Shown here: piece by piece, positions 36,006 to 48,300 of the stretch | Position numbering within the stretch: position 1 is the first letter of the stretch | Layout: every line of letters begins with the position of its first letter | Source of the DNA: Callorhinchus milii | Lineage: Eukaryota | Length of the DNA: 64,000 bases | Direction: 5' to 3' | NCBI RefSeq assembly: GCF_018977255.1 | Contig: NW_024704772.1 | Location: forward strand, 868,001 to 932,000 | The notes under the pieces: model-generated | What the model saw: the letters and a program-made list of their open reading frames with translations, nothing else | Told to the model about the DNA's origin: nothing | Databases searched by the model: none | Made by a program: the position numbers and the translations under genes

Positions 36006-39000
36006 GCGTCTTCAGTCCCTGTAGCTCGGTGGTTCGAGCCAGAGGACCCGGGTTCGATTCCCGGGCAGGACAGGTCAGGGCGAAACCTTTGGCAAGTGTC
36101 CTTACTCCACACGCACTCGCAGGCAGATACACGCGGACACACGCAGACACGCGCGCAGACGGCCGCTCGCTGTGTGTGGGGCCGTCGCTTGGGCGCAATC
36201 GGCTGCCGCGTTTCGCCCGCAAAACACACACAGTCACTCTGCACTGCACTGTGCGTCCTGTGCAGCGCTTTGAGACGTCTCGACGACGTGATCAGGCGCT
36301 GTGTCAAATCAAATACAAGGTTTATTTTTATTATTATTATTATCTATTACAAATCTTGCGATGCGCTTTGAGGGGTCTGGACCGGGAGTGACTGCGGGGA
36401 GGCGAGGGGGTTTGAGGTGTGTGTCACGAGGGAAGATCGTTTGGGGGGGGGGGGGGGGTGGGGTATGGGGGAGGAGGGAGGAAGCGAGCGTTGGAGAAAT
36501 GGACTGGAGCCGTGAATAAGAGTTAGTCTTGTGATTTCTGCAACGCCGTTCAGAAGACAATGTGGTCACAGTGTTAGCGAAGCATCAATGGCTATGGGCA
36601 CATGACCTGCCTTCCATCTCTCCCCCCACCACTCCTCCCTTTCCTCCCCATCCTCCCCCCCCCACAAAAAAAAAACCCAGGAGCCACGAATGAAAGGCAG
36701 GCATTGAAGCAAATATCTCCCCCCGCCCCACCACGTCCCGACACGTGACCTTCCAGATTGTTCCTCGTCCCCGAAAGAAAAAGAGGTTTGCCTCATGATC
36801 AGCCGGAGGCCGGTAACATGATCAGCCCCGGAGATGCTGGAAGCAGGAAGTGACCTTATCGTAATAATAAAAATAATAACAATAACCCTTGGCCTTGGAC
36901 CCGGCGCCTGATCACGTCTTCGAGACGTCTCAAAGCGCTTCTCAGGACACGCCGTAAAGTGTAGTGACCGCGCGTGTCCTGTGGACGAAGCGCGGCAGCC
37001 AATTGCGCCCCCAGCGACGTCCCCACAAACAATCGCGGATCGAGTGACCACATTATTATTATCATATATTTATTTGAAGGGATTATTAGCCCAGAAAAGC
37101 GATCCGCCAATCGACTAACAAACAGGTTCCTACTTAATAACCCTAAACAGAGCCTCGCAAGCGAGAGGACCCGGGCGGGCCAGGATGAAACATTGGCCAA
37201 GTTACCTTACACCCCCCCCCCCCCCAAACACACACACACACACACACGCACGGACGGCTCTGTTTAGGGTTAGGGTTGTTAAGTAGAAACCCGGTTGTTA
37301 GTCGATTAACGGATCTCTTTTCTGTGGGTAATTTGTGTGCGCGAGTGAGTGTGTCCCATTTGGGGATAATAATCCTTTGACACAGCCGTCTTATCACTCC
37401 ACAGGATACACTGCAAAGTGGAGTGACTGTGTATTCTGTGGGCAAACCATAATCATAATAATTATATTACTATTACATCCCCCCCCCACCACCCCCAACA
37501 GCTCTTCTCTATCGTGGTGTTTGGGAGTATCGCTAACGAGGGCTACGTAAACCGCCCGAATGAGGTGGAACAACACTGTATCTTCAACCGGAACCCCAGT
37601 GCGTGTGGCTACGGGGTGGGGGTTGGGGTTCTAGCCTTCCTGGCCAGCACAGCCTTCCTCGCCCTCGACGCCTACTTCCCCCAGATCAGCAGCGTCAAGG
37701 ACCGCAAGAAGGTGGTCCTGGCTGACATCGGCTTCTCTGGTCAGTGCAGCTGGGGGCGCGGGGGGGGGGGGGGGTGGGTGGGTGGGAAGGTTGGGTGTTG
37801 TGGGGAGCGACGGGGAGGGCATGTGGAGGGGGTCTGGTTTCAGGTGGTGTCGGGGTTGGAGTTTGGGGGGTTGTGGGCTAGTGGTGTTGGGTTGGGGATT
37901 GGGAGGGGGCAGGTGGTGGGGGGTTGCGGTTGACGCAGGATGGGGTGGGGACAGGGATAAGGGTGTTTGCGGTGGTGGGGGGGGGGGGAGAGAGGGAGGG
38001 GAGGTTGTGGGAAAGGATTTGCTACTTTTAAAGACCGGACCCAAAAATGTGACTTATTTTCTCTCTCTCCCCCTCTTCTTCTTTATCTTCCTCTGCCCCT
38101 TCTCGCCCCCCCCCCACCCCTCCGCCTGCCCCACCCCCTCCCCCCACAGCTTCCTGGTCCTTCCTGTGGTTTGTTGGCTTCTGTTTCCTCACTAACCAGT
38201 GGCAGGCGGCTAAGCTGGAGGACAATCCCCTGAGGGAGGGGGCGGACGCTGCCAGAGCTGCCATCACCTTCTGCTTCTTCTCCATCTTTAGCTGGGTGAG
38301 TGCTTCCTCCCCCTCTCCCTTCCCCGCTCGCTCCCTTCCTTCCACGTGCTCCGCCCTCCGTCTCACTTCCTTCTTCTCACGGTCCTTTCCTCCCTCTGGT
38401 TCCCATTTTCTCCCTCTCTCAGAATATACTGTAAAGTGCAGTGACTGTACATTTTGTGGGCGAAACACGGCGGCCGATTGTGCAGTGGTGTCCCTCAAAC
38501 AGTCATGGATTGAGTGACCAATTCTTTTTTTAGTGGATTATTACCCCTGGAAAAGCGATCCGCCATTCGACAAATAACCGGGTTCCTACTTACTGCTGGT
38601 AAACAGAGGCGCGTGGGGGGGGCGCGTGTGTGTGTTTGGACTAAAGAAACTTGCCTAAGGTTAAGCCTCGTTCCACCCGGAAATCGAACCCGGGTCCTCT
38701 CACTTGCGAGGCGAGTGCTCTAACCACTGAGCTACAGGGACTCCGCGTCGTTATTTCACGTCGTAAGGACATCCCAAAGCGCTGGGAGTTCAACAACAAC
38801 TTGCGCACACGCACACACACACACACACGCACCCTTCAGGCCGGACGGCATCTCGGAACGCTTTCAGTGCGTTAACGCGCGATATTTCATGTGCCACACC
38901 CGTGTTTAACGTGCGCTGTGTGCGTGTTTTGCTACCTGTACATCACCTGTGTCTCTCTCCCCCCACCCCCCACCCCTCTCCCCCTCCTCTCCGCAGGGCT

Positions 39001-40306
39001 ACCTGGTGATATTTTCCATGGACCGTTTGAAAGATATAACTTTCGTTGAGGAATACAATAAACTGTTTCCTGCTCAGGAGACCCCGCCTCTCGCCTAAGC
39101 CAAGACCTCACTCCCCCCCCCTCCTTCTCCCCCCCCACCCTCCCTCCCCACCATCGCCAAAATTGGGGTGGGGGAGGGGTGCAAATGACCTCCAGTGACT
39201 ATTGACTGTGCCCATTCCATCGTGCTGCAGTTCCAGATTCCAGCCACCAGGCAGCGCCAGTGCGGAGGCTTCTGTCTAACCACACGGTCGCCCCCTGGTG
39301 GAGGGAGATGGCATAACACGTGGCCCAAACCGACCTGACCCCGGGCACCATTGCCCTCTCTGCTCCGTACTAACCCAATCCTCTCCCACATTGGCTGCCG
39401 CACACCCCCTCCTCCTCACCCCCAAAACAAACCCACGGCATCGGTCGCTGAGTACCAGCTCTCTCTCCCCCTCGCTCGCTCTCTCTCTCTCGCTTGCTCT
39501 ATCCCCACCACGTCCCCCTATCTTCTCACTGTTCGCTCTACCGCCCCCCACCCCACAAGCCCCCCCCAAACACACAGACAGACACACGCATGGGCAAGAG
39601 GTCACACAGACAGACACACGCATGGGGCAAGAGGTCACACAGACAGACACACGCATGGGGCAAGAGGTGATCGTTGAGAGCGTGACCTGCCTTAACATAG
39701 CTCTAACTAACCCGCTTCCTCCCTCTGCTCCCCAGTCTCAATCAGTGCCAATATAACACAACTAATGCACGGTGTCCTCTGTTTTGTTCTGGTCTCTCTT
39801 CTCTTTCCCTCCTTCCCTCTCTCCTTCCTTCCTTCCTTCCTTCCTTCCTTCCCTCTCTCCCGCCTTCCCTCTCCCTCCCTCCTTCCCCCTCTCTCTCTCT
39901 CTATCTCTTTTCCTCTCTCCATTCCCCTCTACCCTGCCGCCTCTATGCCCCTCACTCCCTCCTCCCCTTCTTCCTATCTATCCTCTCTCTCCCTCCCTCT
40001 CTTGCTCTCACCCTTCCTCTCTCTCTCACTCTCCCTCCCTCCCTCTCTCCTCGTTCCCCACACGTGCCCCCCCCACCCCACCCCACACAGGCGGCTCAGG
40101 CCTTCCTGGGCTACAGGAGATACCTGCTGGGAGCCGACTCCGCACTCTTCTCTCAAGACTACACCGACCCCAGCCAGGACACCTCGGTCCCTTATGCCCC
40201 TTACGTCTCGGGGGACGAGATAGAGACGTCCACCGCCTACCAGCAACCTCCGTCCACGGAACCCTACAATGCCAATCAAGAAGGCTACCAGACTCAGAAC
40301 TACTGA
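33019..40306 (+). CDS. SYNGR1: Synaptogyrin-1, long (1a-type) isoform, MARVEL-domain tetraspan vesicle protein, 231 aa
   Basis: Exons 33019-33114, 37502-37739, 38150-38295, 40091-40306 (696 nt): [16 protein letters not shown]...[11 protein letters not shown]...[12 protein letters not shown]...[18 protein letters not shown]...GYQTQNY*. Head-to-head with RPL3, as in human. Confidence 0.95.
34350..34622. repeat. Compound (AC)/(AG) microsatellite, SYNGR1 intron 1
   Basis: Directly visible low-complexity repeat. Confidence 0.85.
38997..39098 (+). CDS. SYNGR1: SYNGR1 alternative last exon (1b/1c-type C-terminus); isoform 193 aa
   Basis: Strong polypyrimidine tract and CAG acceptor, phase 0 matching exon 3; encodes [33 protein letters not shown], resembling the mammalian short-isoform tail (..RRFKDLSFQEEYSTLFP..). 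Confidence 0.85.
   Translation, partial: GYLVIFSMDRLKDITFVEEYNKLFPAQETPPLA
39289..39301 (-). promoter_or_regulatory. Consensus CTCF-binding motif
   Basis: Reverse complement reads CCACCAGGGGGCG; motif match only, no binding data. Confidence 0.55.
39572..39668. repeat. Three ~33-nt tandem units between the SYNGR1 alternative last exons
   Basis: CACACAGACAGACACACGCATGGGGCAAGAGGT repeated. Confidence 0.85.
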
Positions 40307-42405
40307 GAGAGACCGACCCATCAACCGGCCCAACTCATCCACCCAGCCGGCCATCAACCAACCAACCAACCAACCAACCAACTGGGTGAGACAGAGAGAG
40401 AGGCAGAACGAGAGAGAGAGTGAGAGGAGAAGGAGTGAGTGTCTGGGGGGGTGGGAAGAGATTCATGTGTACATACCCATTTTACTAGGCCAATGTTTCT
40501 TTAAAAGAAAGACTGTAGCAATGGGCTGACCCTAGCCCCCTCCCCCTAAACTCAACCCCATCCCAACTCAACCCCAACCCAACCCAACCCCATCCCAACT
40601 CAACCCCAACCCAACCCAACCCCAACCCAACTCTACCCACCCATTCCATCTCCCAGAGACCACCATGCATTACAGTGTCTCATACACCGAGAAAGGATTC
40701 TCAAGGCAGACACACACACATGGTAGGTTCCCCCATTTTCCTCCGCCCCCTCCCCTCCCCATTCCTGGGGTCCCAGGTTCGGGCCCTTTCTCTCTCCCTC
40801 CCTCGCTCACTCCCTCTCTCCCACGTAAAATGGTGCAAATTTTGTTTTAAAAGTTTGATTCTGTGTGTTTTGTTTTGGTTCATATATATATAAATATATA
40901 TATATATAGATATACATAAAAAATATACATATTATATATACTGCGATAATTGGGAAGAGTTTGAAGGATGGTGAAAGGTTTCAGGGTCTGTCTCCCTCGT
41001 GCAGCTCCGTCAGGGGCCTGTCCCGTGTGTGTGTGTGTGTGTGTGCCTCATGCAGCTCCACCAGAGGACTATCTGTGTAGTATTTCTGCGTGTGGTTTGC
41101 ATGTACGTGTCTTCATGTGTGTTTGTGTGTGCGTGTGCTTACATGCGTCCACGTTTTCATACCTGTTTACATGTGTGCATGTGTTTACACGTGTGTTGAC
41201 ACAAGTGTGCGTTTACCTGGGTGCGCGGACTTGCACATAGGCATGTACGCACGAGTGTTTACATGCGCACCCGCGTTTACATGCATGTGAGCTCGTGTTT
41301 ACATACGTGTTAACACGTGAGCTCGGGGAAAAGCCACTTCGATAGCTCTTACATACAGCACATGAAATGCAAATGACAACAATTTGACCATTAAGAGCTA
41401 AGTGCACTCTTACTCCCCGCACTCCTCACCCCCTCCCCATATTACAGGGAGTGTTTGCGTGTGTATGTTGGGGAGGAGAGAGAGTGGGGTTCACAACCTA
41501 CATTGAGCCCCATTTTTGTTGGTGTGGGGGGAAGGGGGGGTGGGTAACGCCATTCAGAATGGGATTGGGTGGGAAGGGGAGAAAATCTAAGCACAAATAA
41601 TAGCAAGTTATTTTTATTTTGTTACACAAAAAAGGCTAAGCACAGAGAGAGAGGGGATTGGGGATCTTTCACAAACTCGAGGGGGATATCGACAGCGCGA
41701 TAACTTAAGTGGTTAGTGACAAGTTAAGCTGGGGGTGAGTTACTGGGAGTTTATTACTCGCAGTTACTAAACGGATCTTGACGAGTTCTTGGGAGGGCAG
41801 ATGACGGCTCCAATTTTTTTTTGGTGGTGGGGCGGGGGGGGGTGGGGAAGGAAGGGGAGTGGGCAGAAAGGGTTGAAGTCCCATGAAATTAGCTCCCCCT
41901 CACCTCCAATAGTTAGCCTGTGGGGCGGTGGGGGGAGACAGAGAGAGAGAGAGAGAGAAAGAGGGACAGAGAATCAAATTACTCCTTAAACAGGAACTCT
42001 CGCGTGATGTTCAAAACAGGGCACCAGCCCATTTTGTATTGATGTGACACCCTCCCCACATACACACCCACACAAACACACACGCGCTTGTGTGTGACAA
42101 GGTTTACCCCCACCTCTCTCGCTTGTCGCCAATGCCTTGCTTCCCCAACACCAGCGGAGAGGATTATCATCTCGCTGTATCTCCTCGGTTCTACCTGGTA
42201 TTGTGTGTTAACAGGAAGGATGGACCGAGTTACAAAAGCTTTACACTGTGTATAAATCTGTCTTCACGTTGTTGTATTGTGTGTGCGTGTGAGTGTGAGA
42301 TGTGGAGTCAGAGGATAGGGGGTCACTTGTCTCTAATTTCGGCCACAGCGACTTTCAGGTCTTGACCCAAAGCACCTGGGGATACCGGGGGTTACGGACA
42401 ATATC

Positions 42406-42805
42406 GAGTCGTGTAGCTCAGTGGTTAGAGCACTCGCCTCGCAAGCGAGAGGACCCGAGTTTGACTCCTGGGCAGACAGGGTGAAACCTTCGGCAAGTTT
42501 CCTTTCTACACACACACACACACACACACGCACGCGCCTCTGTTTACTTAGCAGGAAGTAGGAGCCCGCTTGTTAGTCGATTGGCGGATCGGTTTTCCCG
42601 GGGAGTTATAATCCTTTAAAAATATACACATATAATAATAATTTGGTCACTCAATCCACGACTGTTTGTGGGACACTGCTGTGCGCAATTGGCCACCTTT
42701 TGCCCACAAAATATAGTCACTGCACTTCACAGGATATCCTGTGAAGCGCTTCGAGACGTCTCAAAGACCCGATAAGACGCTGTGTCAAATGCAAGGGTTG
42801 TTATG
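42406..42805 (+). mobile_element. Full-length tRNA-Ala-headed Deu-domain SINE (dominant family; this copy is in the SYNGR1 3'UTR)
   Basis: A box TAGCTCAGTGG, anticodon arm CTCGC-CTCGCAA-GCGAG, B box, Deu-type core CTGTTTGTGGGAC.CTGCTGTGCGCAATTGG, LINE-like tail GAAGCGCTT...AAATGCAAG. Other copies (approximate): 139-508(-), 823-1184(-), 2940-3330(-), 6004-6337(+), 10486-10845(-), 12970-13220(-), 14630-14972(-), 31340-31685(-), 36014-36345(+), 38420-38745(-), 44302-44610(+), 56660-57063(-), 63672-64000(+), plus many fragments. Confidence 0.9.
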
Positions 42806-44250
42806 GTGTGGCTGTGCGCTTGGGGAGAGAGCGAGAGTGAGAGAGGAGGGGGTGGAGGGGAAAGCGAGAGGGTGTCTCTGTGAGGTGATGTTCGTTGCTA
42901 GTTTGTTAGCCGCTAGTTGGTTGTGCAGTGTCTTCTTCTGTACATAGGTTTCCAGTCATTAGGCTTTAAGGTTTATCAGCCGAAGTACAGTAATTGTTCG
43001 CTGTTGTTTGTTCGGTTTCGCGAGAAAAAGATCTTTTTTTTAAAAAAACACAACATATATATATGAAAAAAATTGTTGTTCAGCCAAACTTGAGAGTAAA
43101 GTGGTGTGTGTGGGTGGTTGGTGGGGGGGTGGGCGGTAGAGAGAGAGGGTCTGTTAACTCCTGTAGGTGAACAAGGGTCGATTGTTAGTCAAAGGACTGA
43201 GGCACGGCTCGGGACGGACAGAAACACCTGTTCATTTAGAATTGGAGGGTGACATTTTGTGAATTTGTCTTGTTGTTCCTATATCTTGACTCTTTCCCCC
43301 TCCCACCGCCCCTCGGAACCTCTCGCCTGCGCTTTCGCGTTCAATGGGGAGGGGGGGGGGGGTTGATAACGTGATACGTGGATGGGGGGGGGTAGGGGGG
43401 AGAGGTATAAAGTGATACGTGAGGGAGGGGGAGGTAGATTGGGAAACGTCCCCTCACTGAAGGAAGGCATAACCTCAATTTGACGCGCACGAGCCGAAAG
43501 CTCCGCACTGTCTCAGCCTTAAGACCGTTCTGGTCTCCGAACCTAACCTAACATTCCACAAACCGAGAGACACGAACAGAGTCGCAGAGAGACGGTGCCA
43601 TCTCGCATTTAACGGTTAAAAAAAATGGGCCCCGCGGGGTGAGACCGGGTGGAATTTCTGGCCTTCGGTGGCTCTCGATGCCTGGACGTGAACAGGAGCC
43701 TTAACCTTCCCGCTATTCTCCCTTCTCCCACTCCCCTCCCACACACACACACACAAACACGCACACCTCCCTCTTCTGTGTGTGGTGATGATGCTGCCTG
43801 TGTTTTTTTTAATATATATATATAGTATATAAAACGTCCTGCGTTAAACACACACCGTTACCATTTGCCTGTTACACCCCACCCCGGGTGCGGAAAGCAA
43901 CCTGCCCCCCCCCCCCCCCACCAGGCTAGGGTCCTGTCTCAGTCGGCTGTCTCTAGCCAGACCACCCCCCCCCCCCCCTTCTCTCCCCTCGCCCCCTCCT
44001 CATGGACAGACCCCCCTCGTGGACAGATACAAGCAGTCGCCACACCTTTATATTGTGAAAGTTCCCACACGTGAGGATCCCTGTGCAATGTATTCACACT
44101 GAATCCATGAGGTCGTACAACCCTTAACGGCATTTCATTGTACTTTCTATATCGTTGTGACTGTGTATTTCCTCCTCCTACAATGCAGTACTTTTTGGTG
44201 TTCGTTTTGACAGATATCGGTGACTATTTATCTGTAAAACTGTGGTTCTC

Positions 44251-44256
44251 AATAAA
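44251..44256 (+). terminator. Probable SYNGR1 distal polyadenylation signal (3'UTR ~3.9 kb)
   Basis: AATAAA preceded by U-rich/TGTA elements and followed by GU-rich sequence; faces the EIF3D poly(A) signal (minus strand AATAAA at 45028-45033). Confidence 0.65.
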
Positions 44257-45335
44257 GATCTTTCAAGTAGGTACAATTGTGTTGGGTTTGGGGCTGTGAT
44301 TATCCTGTAGCTCAGTGGTTCGATCACTCGCAGGCGAGAGGACCTGGGTTCGATTCCCGGGTGGGGTCAGGGCAAAACCTTAGGCAAGTTTCCTTACTCT
44401 ACACACACACGCACACACCTCTGTTTACAGTAAGTAAAGTAGTAAGTAGGAACCCGGTTGTTGGTCGATTGGTGGATCGCTTTTTCGGGGGTAATAATCC
44501 CTTCAAAACAAACAATAATGTAGTCACTAAATCCGCGACCGGGACACTGCTGCGTGCAATTGACTGCTGCGTTTCGGCCACAAAAGATGCAGTCACTACA
44601 CTTCACAGTGTATTCTCCCCTCCCCGAGAGAAACTCGTTTACATTGCTGTTTGCGGGAATTGCCTACCGGGTTGGCGCCCGAAATACACGGTCACTGCAC
44701 TCAACAGCAAGTTCCCGCGAAGCATCCGAGCCATCGCGAGTGCCGTAAAGCACTTTGGCTGACATCGAGAGTAAAATTCACGCTCCCGAAAGAGGGGCCT
44801 AACAAACAGGGCCGCCCCACACAAACAACAACTTGCATTGACGCAGTGGCCTTCGTTCGGGGCAGAGTCTCGGAGCGCTTGACATGAGAGAGAGAGACAC
44901 ACACACACAGAGAGTCCCAATACTTGCTCTGACTGCCTGGGTGTCCCTGTTCAACGATTGGAATCACGAGGAGAGAGCGAGCACGACTCGAGGCCAATTC
45001 TGCGGAGGAAAGGTCCGTTTGCCGATATTTATTTGGCTCAGCGAAGCCTTCAGTTCGGATACAACACAAGAGACACAGACCACCCTCACAGATACTCTTC
45101 CTCCTCTCCCCCCCCCCCTCCCGCCCCCAACCAACTATCACACAGGTCCACAGCCTCCTTCCCCCTCCGTCCACATCAGCACTCAGCACGAGCGCGCTGA
45201 GAGCTGGCCAACCCAGAGAGCATTCGGACTCGGGACTTAGGTTTTCCCCCCTCCCCCACCGTCTGCCCGCCCTGTTTGGGGGGGTGGGTCGGAAGGGGTG
45301 GGGGGTTGGGGGCAGGAAGTGGTTGCTCCAGAGAC

Positions 45336-48300
45336 CTACGCAGCATCGTCGTCGTCATCGTCGTCGTCTTCGTCATCATCGTCATCCTCCTCGGAGCTGA
45401 ACGTGCCGTCGGGAAGGCTGTACACCCGGATCACTTGCTGCGGGGAGAAGGGAACGGAAGAGAGGTTACCTTGAGGTTACAGACGGGGGGGTGGGGGTGT
45501 TGAGTGGAAAGCTGTTAAGAGAGCAGCACAGGCACAATGTGTGTGAGAGGGGGGTGGGGAGAAAGAGGAGACTGAGGAGGGCAAAGAAAGAGGGTACAGA
45601 GAGAAAAATGGAGGAGGGCAGGGATAGAGAGAAAAAGAGGTGGAGGAAAAGAGAGGAGGTGGTGAGAGGGACAGGTGCGGAGAGAGAGAAAGTGAGAGAG
45701 GAGGGGGTGAGAGGGGCCTTAAAGAGGAAGGGAGGCGGGGTGACAGAAAGATAGTGAGATAGGAGGGGCTGTGAGAGAGAAAGGGTGAGAGAGGAAGAGG
45801 GGGGGGGTTGAGGGTGAGAGAGGAAAGGAGGGGAGTTGAGGGTGAGAGAGAGAAGGAGGGGGGTTGAGGGTGAGAGAGAGAAGCAGGTACCTTGTTGGGG
45901 TCTTTCAGGATGAGGTATTTGCCCTCGTCCAGCTTCATACAGATGTCTATGACACAGCGCAGGATGCCCCAGGCGTTCTCCATGCTCAGGTTGATCTGGC
46001 TGGCAAACTCGTTGGGTTTGAACTGCTGTGTGCCCAGGATCACGTGACGAGAGGAGTCCTTGATGTGGAAGCGAGAGACATACCTGCACAACGACAGGAC
46101 ACAGCTCAGACCTATCAGGCTGCCCAGGGCCCCCCCACCCCAACCTCCGCACCCCCACCCTACTCACCCCACCGAGCGAGAGAGGGAGCCCTTCACCCGG
46201 AGACGAGACTGCCCTGAACCCCAGCCCCCCCCCACCCGCTCCCAAGTCCAGCCCTCGACCCATGGAGTCAGGCGCTTCAATTACATTTCGATTTGCAAGC
46301 TCCCAATCATCTGTGCTGTTTTCGCTGGGTACCCTCCAGCAGACTCCCCCGCACCGCCCTCCTCTCCCCCAGCAATGCACACTCGGGGATCTCCCCCCAA
46401 AAGGTTGGACCACCCTTAACTAACAACAACAGCAGCAGCGCCCTTCACGTGGGGTAGCGTCCCGGAGCGCTTCACAGTGGCGGAGAGGGAGAGGGGGAGA
46501 GGGAGGTAAGGTGACTGTCAGCGCAATCCAAAAGGTCTTTAGGCGGGATTTGAAGGTGGGGAGCGAGGGGGCAAGGCGGAGGGATTGAGGGAGAGAGTTC
46601 CAGAGTTTCGGGGCGCAGCGGTTGAAGGCGCGGCGATGGGTTTCCCGTGTGCTGGCTTGCTCACCCGAGTTTGAGGTACTCGGAGCCGGCGAGGAGGGCA
46701 CAGCATGTCCAGCGAGCCAGCTTGTAGCTGTTGTTCTTCAGCTCTGTGGCCAGCACGGCTCCTCTCTGCGAGTCCAGCTTCTGACGCCAGTCCACTCCGT
46801 TACAGTACTGCGGTCGCAACACACACAAGCGTTACTTCTCACTCACAAAATACAGTCACTACACTTTACAGTGCATCCCATGAAGCGCTCTTGAGACGTC
46901 GCGAAGACGCGATAAGGCGCTGTGTCAAACTGGTGCTTAGATGGGAGCAGACAGCACAGGATCACACACAAGTCAGCCTGTGTCCCTTGGGTAGTTTTTC
47001 TCCCCTCCCTCCCCCCCCCCCACCCCCCCTCACTCACCCTGGAGTCCCACTCGTTCAGCGTCTTGACGTTGATGAAGGAGACTTCTCCATTAGCTCCGGT
47101 CATGACCCCATCGTGCTCACACCTGACAATCAGGTCGATGTCCTCGCCCAGCTTCCAGCGTCGGTATCTGCCGCAGAGAGAGAGACACACACACACAGTG
47201 AGTGAGTGAGTGAGTGAGTGAATGAGTGCGAGAGCGAGCGAGCAACGGAGGGAGGACACCTCTCCCCAGCCTCCGCACTCGCTCTCCAAAGGCACTCACT
47301 TCCCAGGGAGAGGGGAGGGGTCAGGGGAGAGGGAGACTCTGTCTTGCCCTGAGTCTCAGCTCCATACAGGTGGACAGGGGGGGAGGGAGGACAGACAGAC
47401 AGATCGACACAGACAGGAGTAACCAGGTAGACACTCACCTGTAGCCAACCGAGGCCACCTCGTTCTTGTCCACATCGTCCTCCACGAAGGGGTTTGGGTT
47501 TGGAAAACGGTATTTGTCACCACCCTGAGGAGCCAAACAGCTTCATTAGCATCTCACACCCCGACCAGGCTGCCCTGGGCACCCCAACATTTAACACCAT
47601 GCCCTGCTATATACACACGCGGACACCCCAATCTCTCAACACACTCCGCAGGGGATTCCAGCCAATACAACTCACACTCACACAGCGTCTCTCATGTAGG
47701 GTTAGGACGTCTCAAAGCCCTCGCTTTGCTGGGCATCCGGGCTCTGGGGCTGAAAAGGTGACCCAAAGCGCGGTCAAACAGCCAAGTTTTGAGACTTGCC
47801 TTGAACGAGGGTGGGAGGGAGGGAGGGAGGGAGGGAACGGAGCCGGGGTAGAATGACTGAAAGTTTGGCCGCCAATGGTGGAGCAGACTGGGCCGGGCAG
47901 GTGGGTATGTGTGGGTGTGTGTGTGCGCCCACTGCGAGAAGGGAGCTAACTGAGCCGGGATGGGTTGATGTGGTAAATTTCCACTTACGTCGGCGGCGGA
48001 GCCTTTCCTGACCATCTTGAGGCACTGCTGGGAGAAGTTGTGGTTGATGTAGGTGGCCTCCATGGCCAGGTTCCGGGGGGAGTTGAAGGAGTTGCCTTCG
48101 TCCTGGGGCGGTTCGTTGGCGGTCTCGCTCACCGTCAGCAGGTCTGAGGGCGGCGAGAGGGACAGTCAGGCCTCACAACAAGGGGATCGAGGGAAATGGG
48201 GCAAAGGCGGGTAATTGGAGCTGAGGTTCAGAACAGCCGTGATCTTATAGAATGGCGGAACAGGCTTGAGGGGCCGAATGGCCTCCTCCTGTTCCTACGA

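Noticed and set aside
36700-36860. E-box plus ETS motif as an alternative SYNGR1 promoter/first exon
   Set aside because: No convincing donor or coding match; short motifs alone are insufficient.
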